Notes under the pieces: generated by a model | What the model saw: only the letters and a program-made list of their open reading frames with translations | Told to the model about the DNA's origin: nothing | The model's database searches: none | Source: Octopus vulgaris | Lineage: Eukaryota | Direction of reading: 5' to 3' | Assembly: GCA_951406725.2 (NCBI GenBank) | Contig: OX597816.1 | Coordinates: 64,356,001 to 64,420,000 of the forward strand | Length of the DNA: 64,000 nucleotides | In this document: positions 39,221 to 51,657 of the stretch, in pieces | Position numbering within the stretch: the stretch's first letter is position 1 | How the letters are laid out: every line of letters starts with the position of its first letter | Program-made: the position numbers and the translations under genes

Positions 39221-41026
39221 CTGTGTCACGATGGAAAAATCGCGACGCGATCATTTTCAGGATCTCCAAATATGATTAGAGAAAAAGAGAAAATTGTTCG
39301 CTATCCTGGTCGTAATATTTTGTAAGAGATTCGACTCTACCAGAAGAACTCATATGAAATACTTACCACTGCTGATGAATATGTGAGTGACGAAAAATTT
39401 ATTATAAAATAAATATTAATATTTTGAAAAGCCACCTGCTGTGGTCAGAGTTGAAAGAAATAACATAATTCTATTTTTTCATCAATATTGCATGACTAGA
39501 GTATATGATGAAGAAAAGAAAATCAATATAATTCAGATATATAAAGAAATATATCTAAATTCTTTCCTTCAATCTATGTTGTCTGAATTGAACTTTTCAC
39601 ATAAGTTTATATTTCGACATTTATTTAATCAGTAGTATATATTTTCGTCCAAAATCTGAAACTAAAATCTAATCGATATGTCTCTAGAAAGCCATTTATG
39701 AAAAGGAGCATGATTATTTCCGTCTTGGAAAAAAAAAAGGATATAGAGGCATCGTATTTCTGTTCGATGATTTGATACAGGAAAATAAAAAGGTTAATAT
39801 ATATTTTGATGTTTGCAAGAGTGCATTCATGGGGTTGTTGCCGAACTGATGCACTTTCCTAGCTTGTGTTCGAGATATATAGAGAAAGAAAGCGAAGAGA
39901 GAAAAGAAAAAAAAATACACTACTAGAATTCTTATTGTTCTCCTTTGTGTGATAAACATAAATCAGAATAAATGTAATCTAGATTTGACTGGCAAAGCTA
40001 TACATGCTTTCAAACTGTGACATTACCATAGAGAAGAAGCTATCATGAATTATTTAGTGAGCACAGAACTTTATTTCGTGTAATGGACACATAGGACTGA
40101 GATAGAAGATAAAATAGTCTTTGATAATCGTTTTTAGCGATGTTACTAACTTTAATCAGATTTTACACACTTCCTAGCTCTTCGGTCGTATAACGATATA
40201 CATAATATCAATTTTCAATTGATGTACCGCTAATGTTTCTATTGATGTACCGACAACGTTAATTCATTTCGTATGTAGAGTGAAGTCGAAGACAGAGAAC
40301 ATTAAAGTAAATATATTTCCTTCGTTCAAAATAATAGATTCCACTTCATATTTACATCCATTTAGTTATTGAGTAGCTCGCTTATTTGATACGTGATGTG
40401 ATTTATGAGTTGTGTTTAGATTCTGTTCTTACTATGAAATATTGCAAGTGTGGTTAAATATTAAGAAGAACATTAATTTCACCGAAACGTGGATGCCGGT
40501 TAGAAAATAAAGTAATAGGCCTCTTCACCCGATAAACAGTAGAGATAATTTCATTTTAACCTTCGGTATAGCAGTCTACCTGAGCACTCATTAACATTTT
40601 AACCTAGAAACTGAGAGGTAACAAATTTTAAACCAAAATGTTTTCATTTAATAATTAAAAGGATATTTGAAAAGTGAAAGGAAATCACAGGTGTGGGTGT
40701 GTGGTAAGAGTTTTGCTTCCGAACCACATGGTTCGTAGCTCAGTCCCATTACGTGGTACCTTGGACAAGGTTCTCATAATATAATAAGGCCGACCCAAAG
40801 CTTCATAGACAGAAGTTGAAAGAAGCCCAGTGCCTATCTATATGTGTTTGTGTACATATATATATATATACATATATAAACATATACCTATATATGATTT
40901 TGATTTTGATTTTTCCAGTTTCAGCTAATGAGCTGTGGCCATGCTGGGGCACCGCCATATATATATATATATATATAAGTATATGTTTATATATGTATAC
41001 ACACACATATTCTAACTATATATCTA

Positions 41027-41062
<36 letters not shown>

Positions 41063-41139
41063 TATATGTTTATATATGTATACACACACATATTCTAACT
41101 ATATATCTACCTATTTATATATATATATATATATATAGT

Positions 41140-41727
41140 ACGTTTAAATATTTGTTGTGCAAGATTTTTTATGTGAAGTCGTGTGTTGAAACAGATATTG
41201 TTATATTTCGGAATGGTCATTTTGCCAGTTTAGCCAATAAAAACACACGCACTATATATTTGGTGTTACTTTGCTTCAGTGTTATTTATTTTTTACATTA
41301 ATCTTAATCTTTTTTCGGCCAGAGTTCTTTCGTCATACTCCTGTGACCGCATCAGTGGTCCTTTGTTTTCTTCTCACTTATTTGTGTCTCTCCTTACTAA
41401 CCGGCAGCCATTTTGTATTTCTATTGTATGTCTTCATTTGCGCATGCTTATATCTCTATGTGCGTTTATGTTTATTTAGTGTGTGTGTGGGGGGGATGCC
41501 TGTAATATTTGTATCTTCTGTTTATATATGTTCATGTAATTTGTAATTTTATATGTTCATGTAATTTGTATTTTGTATTTTGCTTTTGTTTTTGTTGTTT
41601 TTGTTTATTCTTATTTTGTTCATGTGTTTACATCCACCCATTATTATCATTACATATGCCTGTATGTATGTATGTATGTATGTATAACAACAATACTAGT
41701 AATAATAATAATAAATTGAATCGAAAA

Positions 41728-41783
<56 letters not shown>

Positions 41784-42480
41784 CATATATACATACACAT
41801 ATATACATATATATATAGTTATTTATTTATTTATCTGTGTATTTATTATGTTTTCAGGATCCTCTATCGTCATATGTTGTGGTGTGTGTTAGTGCTCCAT
41901 TCTAGTTTTCTATTCAGGCTAGGTTTATTTTCTATTATGTGTGTAGCTTCTGTAATTTGTCTAATTGTTGCATCTGATCTATGTGTGGATAATATTTTAA
42001 TTTCTATGTTATTGATTGATCCCCCGTGTTGTTGTTCGGCGTGTTGTTACAGAATCGATGAGCTTTTACCTTCCTTGAGTTGTCTCCAATGCTCATTTAC
42101 CCGCTCTCCTATGCTTCTTGCCGTTTCCCCATCGTATGTCGTTGTCTTGTTACTGCATCGTCCCTCTATACATCTTATACTATAGACTACATTTCTGGCT
42201 TTACAGTTTGTTTGTGGGCTAAATCTACATACAGTACAGTACCTATCTGTACAGGGGGTTCTACTAAAAGGATAGGTTCTACCAATTATAGATTTGATAG
42301 GGTTGCCTGGCTTTTCAACCACCTTAATTCTTAGCTTAAGTTTGTCTAGGGTCCTTCTAAAGCGATACGCCAGTTCACCTCCAGGGGTGGTGTCAACGAA
42401 CATGACACTCTGGTATTTATGGCTATCATACCAAGAGTTGGCCTTCCCTATTTCCTTTTTTGTCCTTTCTATAGTGTTCC
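41140..42480 (-). mobile_element. 5'-truncated PLE, Naiad-like: linker, GIY-YIG and 3' UTR
   Basis: SVMFVDTTPGGELA..IKVVEKPG..PCTDRYCTVC..CKARNVVYSIRC..YDGETARSIGERVNEH; continues past TAA at 42047-42049 as QHAEQQH..RQITEA..LNRKLEW to about 41871; TA runs at both ends. Confidence 0.85.
41317..41360 (-). ncRNA. degenerate or variant hammerhead in the Naiad-like 3' UTR
   Basis: GACCA-CTGATGC-G-GTCA-caggagta-TGAC-GAAA-GAAC-TC-TGGCC; A9 replaced by C. Confidence 0.5.
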
Positions 42481-42494
42481 ATATATATATATAT

Positions 42495-42683
42495 ACACCG
42501 GAGTAAGCACGATAAATGTCTAACAAGGTGGAAGAGAGAGTACTCAAATAACACTTTATTTAAAAGCAGCAGAAATATAACAAAAGCTGTTACTCAGAGT
42601 ATCACGTTCCCGACGAACGGCAACTGGAACGTGAAACTCTGAGTTACAGCTTTTGTTATAATTTTGCTGCTTTTAAATAAAGT
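42495..42683. repeat. fold-back element: 58 bp inverted repeat built from an HHR-bearing terminus
   Basis: 42553-42610 vs 42626-42683 near perfect; plus strand CCGACGA-ACG..CGT-GAAA-CTC-t-GAG-TT at 42610-42645 lacks its 5' stem I strand. Confidence 0.8.
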
Positions 42684-43129
42684 ATATATATACAGGCGTA
42701 CATAGGTTTACACATACATTTAACAGGTTCAACAGAGACGACTATGGAATATATTTAAAACAACTTTAAAACATTTTGAAACTATAGTTGGTAAAAAAAA
42801 GAAGTGTCCTATTTTACTACGCTGCGTTTAGGTGACAGGCCATTTTTGAGCAGTTGGCATTTGTCTTATTCAAAACCCAACCACGCTCATGTTGCTAGAG
42901 AACACATGAAACGGAATGGTATTAATTAATTTTAGGACAGCTGGTATTATTCTTAAACAACACCTACGAGACACCTGCAGTGCACATGCTAATGAAATTA
43001 TCAAACGGAAGCAACGCAGGTGGGAAACAAAATTTGAAGAAAACATGAACATCCTGGCTCTTAATAGTGGATAGTACACCACGGTAATACAATAGAAGGG
43101 GAATAATAATGTTACGCTTCATCAAATAG

Positions 43130-43370
43130 CATTTACTCTTTACTCATTTTTACACTTTTACGTGTTCCAGTCATTTGACTGCGGCCATGTTGGAGCACTG
43201 CATTTAGTCCAACAAATCGACCCCAGAACTTATTCTTTGTAAGTCTAGTACTTGTTCTATCGGTCTCTTTTGCCGAACCGCTAAGTTAAGGGGACGTAAA
43301 TACACCAGCATCGATTGTCAAGCGATGTTGGGGGAACAAACAAACACAGACACACAAACATACACAAACA

Positions 43371-43424
<54 letters not shown>

Positions 43425-43568
43425 CATATATATGACGGGCTTCTTTCAGTTTCTGTCTACCAAATCCACTCACAAGGATATAGCAGAAGACATTTGCCCA
43501 AGGTGGCACGCAGTGGGACTGAACCAGGAACCATGTGGTTGGAAAGCAAGCTACTTACCAAACAGCTA
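43130..43568 (-). mobile_element. tRNA-derived bipartite SINE
   Basis: Matches the other copies; small internal deletion. Confidence 0.85.
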
Positions 43569-43569
43569 C

Positions 43570-43790
43570 GAATTTTATGCACATTTTCGGGGATAACACT
43601 CGTGGCAGTTCTTCCAGATATCTCATCGCCTTCCGGGGACATTCTTCTGCTTTTGAAGCACCCGCTCAACTAGACATATTGCGTATAATTCATTGCTTCA
43701 ATACCATGAACTTGCTCAATGTCTCTACCGCAAACTAAGTTTAACGCAGAATTTCAGATTGATCCTTCTTTCCAATTTCCTCTCCATGAC
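43570..43790 (-). pseudogene. mariner transposase N-terminal relic
   Basis: FKSRRMSPEGDEISGRTATSVIPENVHKI resembles the F..GR.S.EDD.RSGRP motif. Confidence 0.55.
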
Positions 43791-44049
43791 AAAACTGCAG
43801 TCTACAGCATATCTGTAGCACTTTCAGATCTCAATATGCAGCCATTGTATTTGTAAATAAATTATAATAGGGTTAATAACATAATAAAAAAAAAAAATAC
43901 TGAAAGAGTGAAACAGCTGTAAGATATTATCCCAATTTCTATTCCCGTATGTTATATATTATAATAATTACTGATATCTATTACTGTTATATATTATAAT
44001 AATTACTGATATCTTTATATATTATATATGTTATATGTTATACAAGTAT

Positions 44050-44613
44050 GTGTATTGTTATCTCCACTAATCAGAAAAAGGCATGACAGAGTCGCAGTCC
44101 AATCAAGATTATGCACATCGCTTTTTATATCCACGGTAGCGTGCATCGAGAATTCGTCCCCGAACGCCAGTTTGTCAATTGAAAATTATACCGCAATATT
44201 TTGAACCGTTTCAGGAAGGGAATTCAGTGAAAGCGACCACGAAGAATTGGATTCTTCGCGACGAGAATGCATCCTGTCACCGAGCTCACCTCACTCGCGC
44301 GTTTCACACTAAAAACAACATTTTATCGCTTCGGCATCCACCCTTTTGGCTAGCAAAGAGCATCTCTACCCCAAGATGAAAATGCAGACCAAAGGTCTTA
44401 GTTTTAACACCGTTGTAGAGATTGAGAACGAATTGCAGAAGGCCCTCGACTCGCTTACAGAAAACGATTTCCAGGTCGGATTCCAAATTTGACAAAAACG
44501 CTGGAACCAGTGCGCAAGCTGACTATTTCGAACGTGATTATGTTAAATATGATGTTAATAAATCATTTTTATTAAACACAACTAGTCCGGGAACGCTTTG
44601 ATGCAACCTTGTA
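44050..44613 (+). mobile_element. mariner 3' relic with right TIR
   Basis: KNWILRDENASCHRAHLTRAF..LRHPPF; TIR-like AGTCCGGGAACGCTTTGATGCAACCTTGTA. Confidence 0.7.
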
Positions 44614-45890
44614 CAATGACATCCGAAAGAAAAATTGTCTTGAGATAAATACTGAGAAATTTCTTGTAACGGAATACATACATAAATATCAACACATGGA
44701 ATATTCCATCAGAACATTCCATCAAGTGCAAACATAGCAGACCATGCCTAGTTGTTTTACCCCTGGTCTCCAAGTGCTATTTTAAAGTAAGCAAGTTATT
44801 TAAGCTTTCGCCTTTGGGCTTGTTGAGCGAAGATTCCAGATATGTGACAGAAGATATCGATGCCATTACAGCGCTTGCTTCTTTTTGATGCTGTATCCAT
44901 AACTAGATCACAATGGTTCATTTCACACGTAGAAGGAAGAGAAAGGGTGTTAAAGCAAAGCTCATCTTGAATATATTATTTAAATTTAGCATGACAATGC
45001 AACCAAAATGCCCGCAAGCATTGATATAAATCTAACGTTTGGTATAAACTTAACTTTTAGTATGATCCATGTTAATAAAGGATATAGAGATATCATCACA
45101 AAAATATGACGTGATAGAGCAAATCTGAGGTCACTTTGTAATCAGTCCCGTAACATTAATCTAAAACGACTCTCAGATTTTATGCCAGAGAATAAAATAT
45201 TTATTTTGTTGACCAGTCTGAAATGTGCAAGGGATAATGTCGAAAATTAAATAAACAAGCAGCTAGCACGCACGCTAAAAGTACATTATGTGTGCAGAAG
45301 AGTGAAAATAAGGAAACTTTTCTCAAGTTCAAAATTTGTAGCTTTCCTTATCGACATTCCAATGATGGACTGTGTATTTGTATTAGAAAGTAGTTCCTTC
45401 CTTAGAACAATTCTTCAAATAATTAAAAATCAGAATAGATTATACATACACAAATGTACACACATACATACATGCATACATACATACATACTTACATACA
45501 TACATGCAAGCATGCATGCGTGCATGCATGAATGCATTCATGCCTGCATACATACATATATACACTGGTTATGTACCAAAAAATTTGCATAGAAACTTAG
45601 AACTAGTCGGTTTTATGGAAAATGTGCAAAAGAAATTGAGGCGGCTTCTCCAAATCCGCTCTACTTAATGGCACAGTGGAAATTCCGAAAAGACATTCCG
45701 AAAATTCTGCTTGAGTGATTCTTGTGTGAATAGACGCAGACACTTGGGTATATGCATTGACAGTTCAACCAAGAGACCAACTGAAACTACATACTTAGAA
45801 ACACTGAGAGCTCTCTCATCTCAAAAAGTATTGTTGCTTTGTTAGCAACCGGCTTGAACTCTATCAAGAAGAAATTTAACTAAAGCCAAA

Positions 45891-45971
<81 letters not shown>

Positions 45972-47354
45972 CATAGAAACACAATTATATAAACATAGGA
46001 AGAGGTGGATAGTCATGTAGAGGAAGCAGACTGATTATTATATCGCTAGCTGAAACATTCCTTTAAGCACATCTTCGAATCTTTTGATGCTCATCATTCG
46101 TGAAGGAAATAAATTTTCACTGAAAAAGCTGCCACAGCGCTAATTTTCCAATTCGGTGAAGGTCACTGACGTGAATTAAAGAACAACTATTAGCAGGAAG
46201 TGAAAATAGCTATTTATTTAAAACCTTTCGGGGTCATAAAATTTATCATCAAGTATAAAAGAAGGGTACGTTCATTTTGAATAGAAATTTAATTTATCTG
46301 ATATCATTGTCTATTAATATTAGTGATGAAGCATATATTGATATCATAAAATAATCACAGGAACAGCTGACAGGAAGTAGTGCTTCATCGTTGTACTCAA
46401 ATAATTGAAGTATTTTAAGAGGAAGTCAGGGAAAATAGAGAGCTTATCTAATTCATACTCACTTTTCTAATACGTTAGTGCCATTCGCTATAGGTTTATC
46501 TCTGTCATACATCAGATTGCATTAACACCGCTTCACCGATTTATTCCACGATGTTTCCTCTTTGTAATTAATTCATGTGACAGATAAGAAAAAAATATGA
46601 TAATCATATGAAAAATAATTAAAAACAGAAATAAAAAATAACATGAAATTAATTCGCCTCATATATTCTGTGACCGATACAGAGATCAATATTAAATATC
46701 TCAATCACCTAGTGAATCACTTAATATGTTGTCTGGACATTTTGTGTAGCATTGATTTTTAATATAGGCACATACCCTGAAAGTGTTTTTGTTAATACAT
46801 ACTAAAATATAGCTTCAGTCCAGAATTGATAAAATTCAAAATTCAGGTTGGTGTGATTCGAATACTGAGTGTAAAGTGGTGTAAGTACATACCACAAAGA
46901 ATTGAAAGGGACACACCAGATTCTACAAATGTACCGATACTTTATTCGGAGTTGAAAGAATTCTGCTATTTCACGTCCTGGCCATCTTATATATATTACT
47001 TATAACAAGTACAACGATATTAATTTGGAGGTAAAGGGTTAAACTATTGAACTGTCCCCAGAACTGACTGATCCTTTATATCACCAGTCACTGGAAGGTG
47101 GCTATGGAAGAAAACTTGGCCTCGAAAGCATTCCAGTTCAGAACATCAACAAACGGGGCAATTACCGCAAGGTATTGTGTCCAGTGCTCTAACTGATAAA
47201 GCAATAGAGTATTTAGAGAAAGCTGGTTATGGTCGGTTCATAGGGTTACCCAAGGTTTCGCGTCCATAAAGTGCTTAGCTTTACATACGCCACGTCAGAC
47301 CCTAAACGGGAGTCTGATATTCAAATCAGTTTGCTTTAGTACGGTATAAGATAA

Positions 47355-47586
47355 GGCGGCGAGCTGGCAGAATCGTTAAGCACGCCGGACGAAATGCGAA
47401 GCCGTATTTCGTCTGCCGTTTCGTTCTGAGCTCAAATTCTGCCGAGGTCGACTGTACCTTTCATCCTTTCGGGGTCGATTAAACAAGTACCAGTTACGCA
47501 CTGGGGTCGATATAATCGACTTAATCCGTTTGTCTGTCCTTGTTTGTCCCCTCTGTGTTTAGCCCCTTGTGGGTAGTAAAGAAATA
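47355..47586 (+). mobile_element. tRNA-derived SINE (Meta-domain-like core) with 14 bp TSD
   Basis: GGTATAAGATAAGG at 47343-47356 and 47587-47600; core CTTTCATCCTTTCGGGGTCGAT..AAGTACCAG. Confidence 0.88.
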
Positions 47587-47639
47587 GGTATAAGATAAGG
47601 TCATCGTTCGAAGAAAATGGCTCGCCAATTGCAGACCCC

Positions 47640-48530
47640 AGAGATTCAGTGAAATACTGAATGGGTTATACAATAGTGTTTCCACAAATCTCTAGGCGAA
47701 TAACTATGCTTGATGAGTTCTTCGGCACCATAGTTCTACACAAATAAATGGTAATAATTGATAGCATCAAAATAGAAGAAACAGATATGATATCAGCCAT
47801 TGATCAAATTATCTCAAACTCAGTCACATGCCCCAAAGAAACGAAAGGGAGCTCTAGAAAGACCCCTTCAGATACACTTCCAGAGCTTCCTTGCAGCAAG
47901 AAGACATCCCAGTTAAAGGACGTAATATATCCTATCGATATGGGAGGTAGCAGAGCAGATAGTAACAATTATAGACTTGTCTCTCTAACCTCCCATGACA
48001 ACAAAGTCATGGAACGCATTATCAGGAAGAAAGTGATCGCGTTTCTTGAAGATAATGACTTGTTCCTTAATAACAAACATGGCTTCTGCCCAGGGAGAAT
48101 TGCCTTACCTAGCTTTTGCAGAATTATGACTGGGTTTTGAAACAATTAACGAATCGCCAAACGTCGATGTGATATATATCTCGATTCTGAAAAAGCCTTT
48201 GCTACGGATAGTTATGGGATGGTGTCCCACAGCTACCGACACTCGGTCTAACTGGGGAACTGGGAGTGTAGTTGCATGATTTCTTGAAAGACAGAAGTTT
48301 GTGGAGTGCCTCAGGGAATTGTATTACTCTTTCAGACATACCATCAGTTACACAGATATCTACACTTACTAGATATGCCGACGATATAAAAGTTGCAGTA
48401 GTAGTCATGGAAACTTCTGATGCTAATCTAGAGAAAGACCAAGATCTGATATATATATATATATATATATAAAGGGGCTAAAGCAAGCAATATGCAATTT
48501 AATACAGGTAAACTCCAAGCCCTCTGATAG
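47640..48530 (+). pseudogene. CR1/Jockey-group LINE reverse transcriptase relic
   Basis: NYRLVSLTS..KVMERIIR..HGFCPGR, VDVIY..KAF-like stretch, YADDIK. Confidence 0.75.
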
Positions 48531-48641
48531 CAATTAAACCACGACAAAAAAGGATCGCATGTCCAAAAGGAAAAGGCGATCCCTTTTGTAAAAATCGCAA
48601 AAACGTGAAAATCAGACTAAGTTGGGATTTCATTGAAGGAT

Positions 48642-48715
<74 letters not shown>

Positions 48716-49162
48716 GTAAAATATAGGATAGTGAGTTTATTTCAGAAATTTCACTACCAGTGGCCTAGAATGTATAAAAAGTCAATAGATTACATATTCT
48801 CAATATAAAAGATTGTACATTTAAACACAAGAGACAACTGCCTTCAGCAGGCAGTCTTTATACCCTAGACGAATTAGTCAAAACGCCCAAAACCACATTT
48901 AAGAGTAATCTTGAAAAGGAATGAAAAAAAATGTTGAAGGCAGTTTTCGCTTGTGTTTAAATGCACACTATTTTATATTGAGAATATGTTGTCTATTGAC
49001 TTTTAATACATGCTAGGCCACTGGTAGTGAAATTAATAAAAAAAACTCACTACCCTATATTTTACGTATATTTAGCAAGTTTTTAAAATATTAATGCGGC
49101 ATTTATTCCTTTTCTGCTGACTGAAACTGCGCTTGTGTGGTGGATGTTAAAATTATAATGTA

Positions 49163-50162
49163 CTAGCAGTATCGCCCGGCGTTGCTCGGGTTTGTAAGGG
49201 AAATAACTATATAAGCATTTTTAGTGAGTAATAGCAAAAAATGCATTAAAAATGGAATAAAAGATGATGGTAATTTTTTTTTAAATTGTTGACTCATCGT
49301 ACACATTTTTAGAGAGTTACTTCCCTTATATAATAGCGAAAAATGCATTAAAATGGAATAAAAAATGATGGTAATTTTTTTAATCGTTGACTCATCGTAG
49401 ATATATTTAGAGAGTTACTTCCCTTATATAATAGCGAAAAATGCATTAAAATGGAATAAAAAATTATGGTAATTTTTTTTAAAATCGTAGACTCATCGTA
49501 GACGCGCGCTAATACCCAGAAGGGCTCGATATGAATCACGACTATAAGATACCCGGTTTTGGTTAAACTGCACCGCAAAATGTGGGAGTAGTTAGGAATC
49601 TAAATCGTAGGAGACAGACACACAAGCTTACTTTTATATATAAAGATTTGTGCAACAACTAAAACAATCGGTTGTGCAAATTGTTTGCACAGGAAACCTG
49701 CCCTGTGTTGCGGTAATTGCCGTTTTTGTGGATCTGTTTCAGCTTTTTTAGCGATTTTTGTTTTGGCGACTTCAAGCCATGAAGTCGTTGTTCTAAAAGA
49801 ACGCTGGTCTCCTTGACAACGCATTACGACGTTGATTTCCTTACACTCCCTTCCCCACAGCTTCACGAGGGAGGGAAGAAGGGGGAGAAGCAACACAGGT
49901 GCAGATGTGAGCGTGTACGCCAACTCCGCCGCCATCGACACACGAAAAAATATGCATTAAAATGAAATAAAAAATGATGTTAAATTATTTTTAAAATCGT
50001 AGTCTCATCGTAGACGCGCGCTAATACTCAGACGGGCTCGATATGAATCACGACTATAAGATACCCGAATTTGGTTAAACTGCACCGCAAAATGTGGGAG
50101 TAGTTAGGAATCAAAATCGAAGGGGACAGACACTCACACAACTACAGTTTTATTTATATAGA
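49163..50162 (-). mobile_element. composite non-autonomous Helitron
   Basis: Minus 5' TCTATATAAATAAAA; 3' hairpin CCCGAGCAACGCCGGG plus CTAG; inserted between A49162 and T50163 with no TSD; second internal 5' end at 49646; about 100 bp internal tandem repeats. Confidence 0.88.
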
Positions 50163-50214
50163 TACCGATGAGACACGTATTATTCATCTCTTAATTACAT
50201 GTTAGTGTTATGGC

Positions 50215-50272
50215 GCGCTCACTGATGAGAAATTCACCTGCTAAAAAATATTTGAAACCTAGGTCTGACCGG
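50215..50272 (+). ncRNA. type I hammerhead ribozyme motif
   Basis: CGCTCA-CTGATGA-GAA..TTT-GAAA-CCTAGG-TC-TGACCG; palindromic stem III; GUC site. Confidence 0.7.
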
Positions 50273-50427
50273 AATAAAATAACAAGGTAATTTTTTACAA
50301 TTTTCAAGATTTTGAAGATTGCCCTTAAACGTGTTTTGGTCGTTTTGACTACTTCTAGCGTGTAAAAGCTGCCTGTTGAAGGCATTTTTCTCTTGTGTTT
50401 TAATTTACATTATTTTATATATATATA

Positions 50428-51389
50428 GAGTCATCCCATATATAATGCGGTTTCTTTAATTTCATGAACTAAAATAGAGAGGGGTGAGATAAACTACCTG
50501 CATCAACTTATTATAAAAGCAGGTTGTAATTTTACCTTGTACCTGTGTTTAGTGCAAGTTTTGAAGAGTGCAGTTCGATTTGAACAGTTAGATTTTCAAA
50601 GCTATAATGGAAGTGACAAAGGAGCATATTTTGCTTTATGAGTTCAATAAAGGTCACAACACAACAGAGAGTGCGACAAATATTAATGCTCTTCTTTGCG
50701 GTCACGTCTCACGAATGAAGCTTTTTTGAACTGAATATTCACCGGTGACAAGAAATCGGTCCTCTATAAAAACGTCAAGCGCCGTAAACAGATGGTAGGG
50801 AAAGGAGAAACCCCGGTAGCTTAGGCTAAAGCTTTTCACACACGTAAGTTCTCGTTATCTGTTTGGTGGGTATGAAAGGTTTAGTTCACTCTGAAGTTTT
50901 AACCCAAACTAAACGATAACAAAGGATATCTACTGCGAGCAGCTTGGGCGGCTTTACGCAGCGCTGAAAGAAAACTGGCCATCTTTATTTCTAAGACGAA
51001 AAGTGTTCTTCTATTAGAATAATGCCCGGCCACATACAGCGAGGAGGACATTCCAAAGGCTGGAGCAGTTTGAATGGGAAATGACGCCCAACCCACCATA
51101 TTCGCTGGACATTGCTCCTTCTGATTATCCTTTAATCTGAAATCTTCAAAATCATTTGGACGTAAAAATATATAGATTCTCTAGACGAGGTCAGAACATT
51201 ACTGGAGGAGTATTGTTCGTCACGGACAAGTGGAATTTGGAAGAGAGTGCTTGCAAGTATGACAGATAGATGGAAGTGCATTGTAGAATATGAAGGAGAA
51301 TATATTCTAAATTAAAAAAAAGGACTTTGTTTACCTTAATTTTGAAAAATAAAAGAAATATATAAAATGCATTATTTATGAGACGACCC
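50428..51389 (+). mobile_element. mariner relic with both TIRs and internal deletion
   Basis: GAGTCATCCCATATATAATGC and reverse GGGTCGTCTCATAAATAATGC; TGDKK, NARPHT and PPYSLDIAPSDY motifs. Confidence 0.85.
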
Positions 51390-51390
51390 A

Positions 51391-51456
<66 letters not shown>

Positions 51457-51599
51457 ATGTGTATGTGTGTGTGTGTGTGTATGCATATATGTATCTATGT
51501 ATCTATCTTTCTATACATATATTCAAATTTATACATTTTATGCATAGAGACTGAGCGAGTGAGGTTGAGAGAGATAGAAAGAAAGTGAGAGTAAGATGG

Positions 51600-51657
<58 letters not shown>

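Larger units (their letters stand above)
48711..50420 (+). mobile_element. HHR tandem-unit element (about 440 bp unit, family of 11841-12355) with 5' inverted arm, split by a Helitron
   Basis: Inverted arm 48711-48931; plus arm 48933-49162 and 50163-50420; terminal redundancy GTTGAAGGCA..TATTTTATAT. Confidence 0.82.

Noticed and set aside
42047-42049. In-frame stop in the Naiad-like endonuclease as possible selenocysteine
   Set aside because: The codon is TAA, not TGA, and lies outside a Cys position; no convincing SECIS seen downstream
49230-49500. CRISPR-like periodic repeats
   Set aside because: About 100 bp tandem units with no unique spacers, inside a Helitron in eukaryotic DNA
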